Assembly (NCBI GenBank): GCA_040754455.1
Contig: JBFMCP010000001.1
Span: forward strand, 192,001 to 256,000
DNA from: Nitrospirota bacterium
Lineage (GTDB): Bacteria; Nitrospirota; Thermodesulfovibrionia; Thermodesulfovibrionales; Dissulfurispiraceae
Length of the DNA stretch: 64,000 nucleotides
Direction: 5' to 3'
Positions 10,366-18,101 of the stretch are shown piece by piece. Below the pieces are notes generated by a model. The model saw only the letters and a program-made list of their open reading frames with translations. It was not told where the DNA came from and did not search any database. Positions within the stretch are counted from its first letter, which is position 1; each line of letters opens with the position of its first letter. A program made the position numbers and the translations under genes.

Positions 10366-11751
10366 CTACACCATCCTCTTCACATCAAGATAGGCATCAA
10401 TATCTTTTTCGGAGAGGAGCCCTGATTCGAGGACGACATCTCTGATCTTACGCTTTTCTTTTACCGCTTTCTTGATCAGCTCGGCAGCCTTCTCATAGCC
10501 GAGGACAGGGGCGAGCGAAGTTGCGATGACGGGGTTTTTATCGAGGAGGTCCTGGATATGACCAACATTGACGACCATGCCTTTGATCGCTTTGTCGGCA
10601 AGCACTCTCATGGCGATCGAGAGCATTTCGATGGATTCGAGGAGCGTAAAGCCGATCACCGGGAGCATGGTGTTCAATTCAAATTCGCCGAGAGAGCAGG
10701 AGATCGTTATTGTCGTATCGTTGCCGATGACCCGCGCGCAGACCATGCGCGCTGCTTCGGGGATCACGGGGTTGATCTTTCCCGGCATGATGGATGAGCC
10801 CGGCTGAAGGGCGGGCAATTGTATTTCGGCGAGCCCTGAATGAGGCCCGCTGTTCATGAGCCGCAGGTCATTGGCGATTTTCATAAGGCTCGCTGCAACC
10901 GTTTTGAGCTGTCCCGAAAGCTCTGAGGTGACATCCATCGAAGCCTGGGCTTCAAAATTATTGCGGGCCCTCTCAAAAGGAATCCCGGTCATCTCGCTGA
11001 TGGTACCGATAACACCATCGGCGAACTCCGGGTGTGCATTGAGGCCGGTGCCGACCGCCGTGCCGCCGAGGGGAAGCTGCGCCAGCCTCGGCAACACACT
11101 CTCGACTCTTTCGATACCGAACTGGATCTGCGCAGCCCATCCTGACATTTCCTGCCCGAAGGTGATGGGCACCGCATCCATAAGGTGGGTCCTGCCGGTC
11201 TTGACGACATCCTTATACTCCTGCTGCTTTTCGGCAATGGCGCCATGCAGATGTTTGAGCGAGGGGAGAAGTTTATCTCGTACCTCGAGGTATGCCGCTA
11301 TGCGGATTGCCGAAGGGACAACGTCATTCGAAGATTGTCCCTTATTCACATGATCATTGGGGTGGACAGGCGCAGTGGTTACTTTCTTCCCGGTGAGTCT
11401 CTCGTTCGCCCGCGTCGCAACGACCTCATTGACATTCATATTCGTCGAGGTGCCGCTCCCGGTCTGGAAAATGCCGAGAGGGAAATGGTCCTTATGCCTG
11501 CCTTCGATGATTTCCTTGCAGGCCTGGAGCATGGCATCGGACAAATCCTTCGGAAGCAGGCCGAGGCCGGTATTGGTCACTGCGGCTGCGTATTTAATGA
11601 TAGCGATTGAGCGGATGAGTACTTCGGGAAAGGCGGGTGCGCTTACAGAGAAGTTTTCGATTGCCCGCTGCGATTGGGCTCCCCAATAGGCATGCGCAGG
11701 CACTCTGATCTCTCCTATGCTGTCATGTTCGATACGGTGCTCTTCTGACAT
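10366..11751 (-). CDS. fumC: Class II fumarate hydratase
   Basis: QTGSGTSTNMN, HPNDHVN, SSND, GRTHLMDA, GSSIMPGKINP. Confidence 0.9.
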   Translation of the reverse strand: MSEEHRIEHDSIGEIRVPAHAYWGAQSQRAIENFSVSAPAFPEVLIRSIAIIKYAAAVTNTGLGLLPKDLSDAMLQACKEIIEGRHKDHFPLGIFQTGSGTSTNMNVNEVVATRANERLTGKKVTTAPVHPNDHVNKGQSSNDVVPSAIRIAAYLEVRDKLLPSLKHLHGAIAEKQQEYKDVVKTGRTHLMDAVPITFGQEMSGWAAQIQFGIERVESVLPRLAQLPLGGTAVGTGLNAHPEFADGVIGTISEMTGIPFERARNNFEAQASMDVTSELSGQLKTVAASLMKIANDLRLMNSGPHSGLAEIQLPALQPGSSIMPGKINPVIPEAARMVCARVIGNDTTITISCSLGEFELNTMLPVIGFTLLESIEMLSIAMRVLADKAIKGMVVNVGHIQDLLDKNPVIATSLAPVLGYEKAAELIKKAVKEKRKIRDVVLESGLLSEKDIDAYLDVKRMV

Positions 11752-11757
11752 AGTGCC

Positions 11758-11766
11758 ATTATATCA
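11758..11766 (-). promoter_or_regulatory. Extended -10 promoter of a probable leaderless fumC transcript
   Basis: Minus strand TGA-TATAAT-GGCACT-ATG, no Shine-Dalgarno. Confidence 0.6.
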
Positions 11767-11778
11767 AATATCCTTCAG

Positions 11779-12057
11779 GAAAATTCTAAATTCGAACAAA
11801 TTACAAAATCTATTCTGATAGGACATGCGCGATGAAGTCAGGAAGGAGTACGGAAAGGAGCTTGCTCGCGCCTCCTGTTCTTCCACCAAGACCTCAAATT
11901 CTTGATAACAACTATTTTTAATAAAGAGTGAGGCATTTCTATTCCAATAAGTGCGCATGAGAAAGCTCCCTGGAGTGCCCCTTCCTGCCTCTGCATGCTC
12001 CGAGCAGTTCCACAACGCATATGTCTTATTTCGTTTAGGATTTCGGGTTTAGAATAT
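11779..12057. repeat. Heptamer-periodic inverted repeat arms flanking element copy 2
   Basis: AAAATTCTAAATTCGAACAAATTACAAAATC on the left and TTTCGTTTAGGATTTCGGGTTTAGAATAT on the right. Confidence 0.6.
11819..12028 (+). mobile_element. Dispersed nested-inverted-repeat (MITE-like) element, copy 2, complete
   Basis: Outer IR TAGGACATGCGCG / CGCATATGTCTTA. Inner IR CAGGAAGGAGTAC..AGGAGCTT / AAGCTCCC..GTGCCCCTTCCTG. Confidence 0.8.
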
Positions 12058-12061
12058 GCTG

Positions 12062-13072
12062 TCAGGGCATGCCGATGCCGTCGATGGTTGCACCGCAGTT
12101 GCTGCATTTCGAGCCTTTCATCTTGATCAGGCTCAAAGTATACCCTATCCGCTCGATCTGCAATTCGCCGCAGGAGGGGCAATAGGTATTTTCGCCGCCC
12201 CTGCCGGGCACGTTTCCTTCATAAACATACTTCAGCCCTGCCCTCTTGCCGATCTCGCGTGCCTTCTGGAGCGTCGCAAGCGGGGTGCGCGGCTTGTCCA
12301 GCAACTTATAGGTGGGATAGAACTGGCTCACATGCCAGGGGATAGCGGGATCAACGGACTTTATAAATTCCGCAGCGAATGTCAGGAATTCGTCGGAATC
12401 ATTATAATCGGGGATAATGAGTGTCGTCACCTCAACCCATACTCCCAGTTCCTTCATAAGTTTGATGGTATCGAGCACCGGCTGCAGCTTTGCTCCTACG
12501 ATCTTTTTGTAGAATGCATCATCGCCCTTCAGATCGATGTTGTTGGCATCAAGATAGGGTGCGATAAGCCTCGCTGCATCAGGGCTGGTATACCCGTTGC
12601 TGACGAAGACATTCTTTATTCCCCGCTGGTGGGCGAGACGTGCACAGTCGTAAGCGAATTCAAAAAAAATCGTGGGCTCGGTATAGGTATAGGATATGCT
12701 CATGCAGCCGGATCGCTCAGCCTCATTCACCACCGCCTCGGGCGTCATGTCTTCGCCGGGGATGTCGGGATGCTCTTTCGGGTACTGCGAGAGAGTAAAG
12801 TTCTGGCAGTGCATGCATCTGAAATTGCAGCCGACGGTTGAGATGGAATAGGACCGTGAGCCTGGATGAAAGTGAAAGAGCGGTTTCTTCTCGATGGGAT
12901 CGACATGCTTTGCCGCCACTTTTCCGTAAACAAGGGTGTAGAGCACGCCCTCCCTGTTCTCCCGTACTGCACATATCCCCCGCTTTCCCGGTGAGATGGA
13001 GCAGTACTGGGGGCAGAGGAAGCATTTTACCTTTCCATCGCCGGTCTTTTCGTAGAGCCGCGCCTCGTGCAT
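12062..13072 (-). CDS. amrS: AmmeMemoRadiSam system radical SAM enzyme (PflA-like)
   Basis: N-terminal CFLCP..C...GICAVR, DPIEKKPLFHF, GCNFRCMHCQN, C-terminal Zn-ribbon. Confidence 0.88.
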   Translation of the reverse strand: MHEARLYEKTGDGKVKCFLCPQYCSISPGKRGICAVRENREGVLYTLVYGKVAAKHVDPIEKKPLFHFHPGSRSYSISTVGCNFRCMHCQNFTLSQYPKEHPDIPGEDMTPEAVVNEAERSGCMSISYTYTEPTIFFEFAYDCARLAHQRGIKNVFVSNGYTSPDAARLIAPYLDANNIDLKGDDAFYKKIVGAKLQPVLDTIKLMKELGVWVEVTTLIIPDYNDSDEFLTFAAEFIKSVDPAIPWHVSQFYPTYKLLDKPRTPLATLQKAREIGKRAGLKYVYEGNVPGRGGENTYCPSCGELQIERIGYTLSLIKMKGSKCSNCGATIDGIGMP

Positions 13073-13075
13073 GCA

Positions 13076-13345
13076 CTACTCGGTCTCGACTTTTTTCTTC
13101 GTCGTCTTTTTGGCGGCGGCCTTCCTGGATCCGGCTTTTTTCACGCCCGCATGAGCAGGCGCTTTTTTCTTCGCTGCGGCCTTTGCCTCTTCGCCGTTGC
13201 CGCCGCGGGATTCGCCGCCATTGCCGTGGCGTTGCCTCAAGATGCGTTCCGCCTCAAACCAGTTCTCGAGGTCGCGGCCCGGTACCCTGCCGCTTTTTTC
13301 GTACAACTCATGGGCAAGCTTTGCAATCTCCTCATGCGATATCAT
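13076..13345 (-). CDS. DUF2934-like small protein with Lys/Ala-rich tail
   Basis: EEIAKLAHELYEKSGR..G.DLENWFEAE motif, RBS GGAGG. Confidence 0.75.
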   Translation of the reverse strand: MISHEEIAKLAHELYEKSGRVPGRDLENWFEAERILRQRHGNGGESRGGNGEEAKAAAKKKAPAHAGVKKAGSRKAAAKKTTKKKVETE

Positions 13346-13452
13346 TGTTATACCTCCGCAGACAATAGTCTACTCAAATGATATCGCTATTTTTTCCCGA
13401 ATGCAACAGGCTTCAGACGTGCAGTCGATTCGGGAATACCGAACTTCGACGA

Positions 13453-13513
13453 TCCCCTCCCGTTATCCACCTCTGCATGCATTCCAAAACTATTCCCAAA
13501 CGCGTAAGTCCTA
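13453..13513 (+). mobile_element. 3'-end fragment of the dispersed MITE-like element
   Basis: CCTCTGCATGCATTCC...AAACGCGTAAGTCCTA matches the copy 2 3' end CCTCTGCATGCTCC...AACGCATATGTCTTA. Confidence 0.55.
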
Positions 13514-13515
13514 TA

Positions 13516-14265
13516 TCAGCAGAGGGATGCCTGCTTTCCGAATCCCTTCTTCAGCCGTTCGACAATTGTGCCGGTGAAGCCCTTATCAAGCCATTGGCGG
13601 AGTTTCAGACGGTCAAAGAGGTGGGCTGTCTTCGAGTAGTAATTCATCCGGCTGATGTACACATACTCTGCAGAGGGGCGGATGAGGTCCACGAGCACAT
13701 CAGGGTCCATCGGCAGCAGCGGGCCGATGAAAACATAGGTTCGTATTCCCTTCTCATGCAATTCACGCAATGCCTTCACCCGCTCCGTAATCGGTGGAGC
13801 ATATGGTTCGAAGATCTTCCTCATCCTCTCGTCATCGGTCGTGATGGTCAGGCCTACATCGACGTCTTCGAATTGTGCAAGCAGATCAGCATCCCGCACG
13901 ACAAGCGGAGACTTGGTGAGTATGCTCACCGGGAATTGATGTTCAAGCAGCACCCCGAGACACTGCCTGGTGAGCCGGTACGTTGCCTCAACCGGCTGGT
14001 AGGCATCGGTGACGGAGCTGACCATAACCGTGCCTTTCCTTGCTCTGCCGAGCTGTTTCTTCAGCACCTCCGGCGCGTTCACCTTCACATCAACGAACGT
14101 CCCCCACGGTTCGGGATGGTTGGTATATTTCTTCATGAATGTGGCGTAACAATATCGGCATGCGTGAGAGCATCCTGTATAGGGATTGAGACAGTAATCG
14201 GCACCGGGGATCCCGGACTTCGAGAGGACGGACTTGGCATGTACTTCTTTGATGATAAGGCTCAT
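13516..14265 (-). CDS. Radical SAM protein, SplB/DNA repair photolyase-like family
   Basis: LNPYTGCSHACRYCYA, SSVTDAYQP, ILTKS. Confidence 0.85.
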   Translation of the reverse strand: MSLIIKEVHAKSVLSKSGIPGADYCLNPYTGCSHACRYCYATFMKKYTNHPEPWGTFVDVKVNAPEVLKKQLGRARKGTVMVSSVTDAYQPVEATYRLTRQCLGVLLEHQFPVSILTKSPLVVRDADLLAQFEDVDVGLTITTDDERMRKIFEPYAPPITERVKALRELHEKGIRTYVFIGPLLPMDPDVLVDLIRPSAEYVYISRMNYYSKTAHLFDRLKLRQWLDKGFTGTIVERLKKGFGKQASLC

Positions 14266-14382
14266 GTATTATTCTAACATTGCGAGGACAATCAGGTTAT
14301 GGAACCAAAGCAGTACTTCCTAAGGTTGTGAAAGGCTCTCAGATATGCAATAATACTTTTCAACCTTTTACGAGGAGGTAGT

Positions 14383-14976
14383 ATGAGATATTTGAGAGTG
14401 GCCCTTGTACTTGCCTTGACCTTGTTGCTCGGCATCTCTGCCTACGCCGAGCCTAAGAACAGAAAATTCACCAGAGAGGAGATCAAAAAAATGGCTGAAA
14501 CCAGAGCAATCATCGAAACTAAGTTCGGAAATATGGAGCTCAAGTTTTTCCCCGATGTTGCCCCCAACCACGTGAACAATTTCATCGAGCTCGCAAAAAA
14601 GGGATTCTACGATGGCACCACCTTCCACCGCGTCATCCCCGGCTTCATGATCCAGGGCGGCGACCCCAACTCAAAGGATCCCGACAAATCGAGGCACGGC
14701 ATGGGCGGCCCCGGATATACCGTCAAAGCTGAATTCAATGCAACGCCGCACAAGCGCGGCACCCTCTCCATGGCGCGGTCCGGACATCCCGACAGCGCAG
14801 GGTCGCAGTTTTTCATTTGTGTTGCCGATGCCCGTTTTCTCGACAGGCAATACACCGCCTTCGGCGAGGTTGTTTCGGGCATGGAAGTAGCTGATAAGAT
14901 CGTGAGCCAGCCGAGGGACCGGAATGACAATCCCAACGAGCGTCTCGAGATGAAAGTCAAGATCGTGGAGAAGTAA
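14383..14976 (+). CDS. Cyclophilin-type peptidyl-prolyl cis-trans isomerase, exported
   Basis: Signal peptide, FHRVIPGFMIQGGDP, LSMAR, SAGSQFFI. Confidence 0.93.
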   Translation: MRYLRVALVLALTLLLGISAYAEPKNRKFTREEIKKMAETRAIIETKFGNMELKFFPDVAPNHVNNFIELAKKGFYDGTTFHRVIPGFMIQGGDPNSKDPDKSRHGMGGPGYTVKAEFNATPHKRGTLSMARSGHPDSAGSQFFICVADARFLDRQYTAFGEVVSGMEVADKIVSQPRDRNDNPNERLEMKVKIVEK

Positions 14977-14980
14977 TATC

Positions 14981-15949
14981 ATGGGAATACAGGAAGAGGC
15001 AAAAGAGCTGAGAAAATTCTGGGGCGGCTTCTGGGCCCCGCGGGTGATCCTCACCGCCAACAATTACAGAGTGTTCGATCACCTCGGGACACCGAAAACC
15101 GCCGATCAGGTCGCAAAGGCGATCAAAGCGGATAAAAGGGCCACCGGGATCATGCTCGATGCATTGGTCGGGCTCGGCTTGCTGAAAAAAACTGCTAAAA
15201 CCTATAAGAACACGCCGCTCGCAACGCGCTTTCTGGTAAAGGACAGCCCTTATTATCAGGGCGACATCATAAGGCACGCCGATGCGCTCTGGCAGAAGTG
15301 GTCTGACCTGGATGCCATCGTAAAGACCGGGAAGCCCAGCGCCAGAGGCCGCGACCACGCCTCCTTTATTAAAGGAATGCACAACATCGCGGTCTTCAAG
15401 GCACCCCCGGTCATTGATGCCATAGGTCTGAAGGGTGTAAAGAAGGCGATGGACCTCGGCGGCGGCCCCGGCACCTATGCAATAGAACTGGCGAAGAGAG
15501 GAATCGATGTCACCATCTTCGACCTGCCCGAAACCATAAACGTCGCAAAAGAGATGGTGAAGAAGTCGGGACTGAAGAATATCAGTTTCATAAAGGGCAA
15601 CATCTTCTCCGACAGCATCAATGGCACCTATGATCTCATCCTCATGAGTCAGCTGCTCCATGCTTTTTCCGTTGAGGAGAGCCTCATCGCTCTGAGAAGA
15701 TGCAAAGAGGCGCTGAACCCCGGCGGCAGGGTGGTAATCCATGAGTTCTTTATTGATACGACCATGACCGCCCCCCTTCCGGCCGCACTGTTTTCAGTCA
15801 ACATGCTCGTGAACACACCGGCCGGACGCTGCTATCCCCCTGCGGAAATGAAACAGTGGTTGAAGCAGCTCGGGTTCAAAGAGATCAAAGAAACGATGCT
15901 GGAAGATACCGTGCTGGTATCAGGAAAAAAGCCGAGGTACCTAAGCTAA
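14981..15949 (+). CDS. SAM-dependent O-methyltransferase (dimerisation + Methyltransf_2 domains)
   Basis: DLGGGPG SAM motif, N-terminal wHTH dimerisation region. Confidence 0.85.
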   Translation: MGIQEEAKELRKFWGGFWAPRVILTANNYRVFDHLGTPKTADQVAKAIKADKRATGIMLDALVGLGLLKKTAKTYKNTPLATRFLVKDSPYYQGDIIRHADALWQKWSDLDAIVKTGKPSARGRDHASFIKGMHNIAVFKAPPVIDAIGLKGVKKAMDLGGGPGTYAIELAKRGIDVTIFDLPETINVAKEMVKKSGLKNISFIKGNIFSDSINGTYDLILMSQLLHAFSVEESLIALRRCKEALNPGGRVVIHEFFIDTTMTAPLPAALFSVNMLVNTPAGRCYPPAEMKQWLKQLGFKEIKETMLEDTVLVSGKKPRYLS

Positions 15950-15954
15950 ACCTC

Positions 15955-15988
15955 AAAGGCTTGTCCGCTAAGGGCAGGCCTTTCTTAT
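15955..15988. terminator. Bidirectional terminator
   Basis: AAAGGCTTGTCC GCTAA GGGCAGGCCTTT between convergent genes. Confidence 0.7.
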
Positions 15989-16639
15989 TTACAGCTCCAT
16001 TTTGAGTTTCTTGGAGAGCATATCTGCCCTCCGCACCGGCTCGGGGATTCTGTATTTTCCGGTGCAGCTCAAAACGATTTTTATTGAGCTTTCGAGATCA
16101 ATTTTGTGTCCCACTGAAACAAACACCGGATTCGTGTTGTCCCTCGTCCTCAAAACCGCGCCGATAACATTTCCTTTATATTTAAGAGGAGACCACGAGC
16201 CTTTTTTATTCCCCGGTGCCTCATATCTGCCGACAAGCAACGACTTCGCGCAGCCTATCGTCGGCATATCGAGCAACACGCCGATGTGCGACGCGATGCC
16301 TAATCCGCGAGGATGAGCGATCCCCTGCCCGTCAATAAGGAGGACATCAGGCTTTGCGCTTAGTTTGTTAACAGCACTAATGAATGCAGGCCCCTCTCTG
16401 AACGACAGGAATCCGGGAATATAAGGGAAGGTGACCTTCTCGACTGCATGAGCATCTTCGATCAGAGTTATTTCAGGATACTTATAAAGACATACAGCCG
16501 CGATAATCGTATCACCCATAAACGCCGCATCGACACCGGCAATCAGCGACAGCTCACGATCAAGGGGAACGGCCTTCACCTCTTCTCTGAGCCGGTTCTG
16601 AATATCCCTGGCTTCTTCTATGTCCTTCGGCCAGTGCAT
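15989..16639 (-). CDS. nfi: Endonuclease V (deoxyinosine 3' endonuclease)
   Basis: IAGVD, FPYIPGFLSFRE, DGQGIAHPRGLGIASH, IGCAKS, YRIPEP. Start trimmed to MHWPK. Confidence 0.93.
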   Translation of the reverse strand: MHWPKDIEEARDIQNRLREEVKAVPLDRELSLIAGVDAAFMGDTIIAAVCLYKYPEITLIEDAHAVEKVTFPYIPGFLSFREGPAFISAVNKLSAKPDVLLIDGQGIAHPRGLGIASHIGVLLDMPTIGCAKSLLVGRYEAPGNKKGSWSPLKYKGNVIGAVLRTRDNTNPVFVSVGHKIDLESSIKIVLSCTGKYRIPEPVRRADMLSKKLKMEL

Positions 16640-16795
16640 AAGATAAATTATAATCTTAAATGGAAAAGTTAACTTCTTTCTGAAAGTTTTCATCTATGGA
16701 ATCGTCCGCGGCAGCTCATGTGATCTCCGATTATCCCCGACTCTCCACCGTCAAGGATAGTGCGTATCTGAAGGCTTGCCGAAGAAAGCGTCAGA

Positions 16796-16828
16796 GTGAA
16801 CCTCCCCGCGGCAAGCCGACGGGGAACT
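16796..16828. repeat. REP-like GC-rich palindrome
   Basis: GTGAACCT CCCCG CGGC AA GCCG A CGGGG. Confidence 0.5.
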
Positions 16829-17164
16829 CTGCAAAGCTTTCGTTAGATTTTGAGGATACGCTTATGTCGGCGGCTACGAGAATTCTATTCGCTACGCGGG
16901 GTGAGCATAGAGACTAAGTTCTGATCCATCAGCAGGAGGCGTGGCCGGCATATATGCCTATTTTACTTTAATAAAACATTCCCCTGCCGGATTCACTCCC
17001 CTTCTATTTCCCCCTGTTAACGGCCCTCTTTATTTTGAAGCATAGCGGAATCCGTGACTAATCGGTGACCAGCCGTCTGGTACAATCCTTTTCTGAAGGA
17101 AACGGTTTTATTACGTCCCTGGCAGTAATTTCATTTTATTTCATTATTCAGAGGAGGACCGGGC

Positions 17165-17818
17165 ATGAACGGGAGATGTTTCAGAAGGGCAGTCTTACTT
17201 GCAGCACTGGTTTTATCAGTCATTGCATTAGCTGTGCAGCCGGCAATGGCGGCAAAATGGGACGACACGCCGTCGGGCCTTGACCTTGTCATTGAGAAGG
17301 TGACAGTAGACCTCGATGGCGGCACGCTCACGATCAAGGGGCAAAACTTCGACAACGGGAGCCAGCCGGAAGTGTATCTTGGGGGCAGCAAACTCGATCT
17401 CATTCTGCCGTACTCCGAAACTGAGATTGTGGCGTGGCTGCCAGCAGACATTGCAGACGGCAGCTATAAGCTGACCGTTATGACCGGCACTGCGGTGAAG
17501 CATTACGATGCGTACAGCCTGACGATCGGAGCAGTGGGACCGCAGGGACCGAAAGGTGACACCGGAGCTACTGGTGCACAAGGTCCTCAGGGACCACAGG
17601 GTATACAGGGCGTGGCAGGCCCTGCCGGACCAACCGGGCCAGAAGGGCCGCAGGGAGTAGCCGGAGCGAATGGCCTTGCCTGCTGGGACCTCAACAGCAA
17701 CAGCACGTGCGATCTCCCCGATGAAGACAGCAATGGCGATCACGCCTTGCCGAGCAGACTTGTGCATGCACATTGCAATTGGTTCTCGAAGAGTTCTTAT
17801 GTAAATCTTCTATTCTGA
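17165..17818 (+). CDS. Secreted protein with IPT/TIG-like domain and collagen Gly-X-Y repeats, probably C-terminally truncated
   Basis: Signal peptide, TLTIKGQNF...GSYKLTV, ~16 GXY triplets, then [17 protein letters not shown] breaking off into unrelated sequence. Confidence 0.65.
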   Translation: MNGRCFRRAVLLAALVLSVIALAVQPAMAAKWDDTPSGLDLVIEKVTVDLDGGTLTIKGQNFDNGSQPEVYLGGSKLDLILPYSETEIVAWLPADIADGSYKLTVMTGTAVKHYDAYSLTIGAVGPQGPKGDTGATGAQGPQGPQGIQGVAGPAGPTGPEGPQGVAGANGLACWDLNSNSTCDLPDEDSNGDHALPSRLVHAHCNWFSKSSYVNLLF

Positions 17819-17911
17819 ACATCCTTTATATTGGAATACTAGAAGCTGAAAGACACAGTTATCGTGATCTGGAACTATCGCGTAGTACAGGCAGAAAGGC
17901 GCATACTTTTC

Positions 17912-18015
17912 GTTATTGCGAGCCCGGCCTTATCGGGCGCGGCAATCTCGTCTTTTTACTGCTGCATAGAAGATCAACGGAGAGATTACCACGTCGCTTC
18001 ACTCCTCGCAATGAC
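17912..18015. repeat. REP/RPE-like long palindromic element
   Basis: GTTATTGCGAG...GCGGCAATCTC --- GAGATTACCAC...CTCGCAATGAC nested inverted repeats. Confidence 0.75.
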
Positions 18016-18101
18016 AAGACAACACCCCGCCGATGCGGACTTCATTCGTTAATCCTCCGTTTCCCTTCTTGCCATTTCCGCTCGATAGCAGGTGTACTAA
18101 A

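Noticed and set aside
11764..12015. Small ORFs sharing YQE(F/C)EVLVE (11764..12015 - and 24686..25117 +) as a peptide family
   Set aside because: They are translations of the dispersed element. The equivalent frame has in-frame stops in copies 1 and 4.
11819..12028. Element as 6S RNA, integron attC or CRISPR repeat
   Set aside because: It is multicopy and dispersed in both orientations, lacks RYYYAAC/GTTRRRY ends, and has no regular repeat-spacer array or cas genes.
13463..13471. DnaA box-like TTATCCACC
   Set aside because: Single 8/9 match inside a repeat fragment; no cluster or origin context.
16805..16885. c-di-GMP-I (GEMM) riboswitch resemblance (GGCAAGCC...GCAAAGC...TATGTCGGC)
   Set aside because: No P2 stem with GNRA tetraloop or receptor. 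A REP-like hairpin explains it better; cmscan would settle it.
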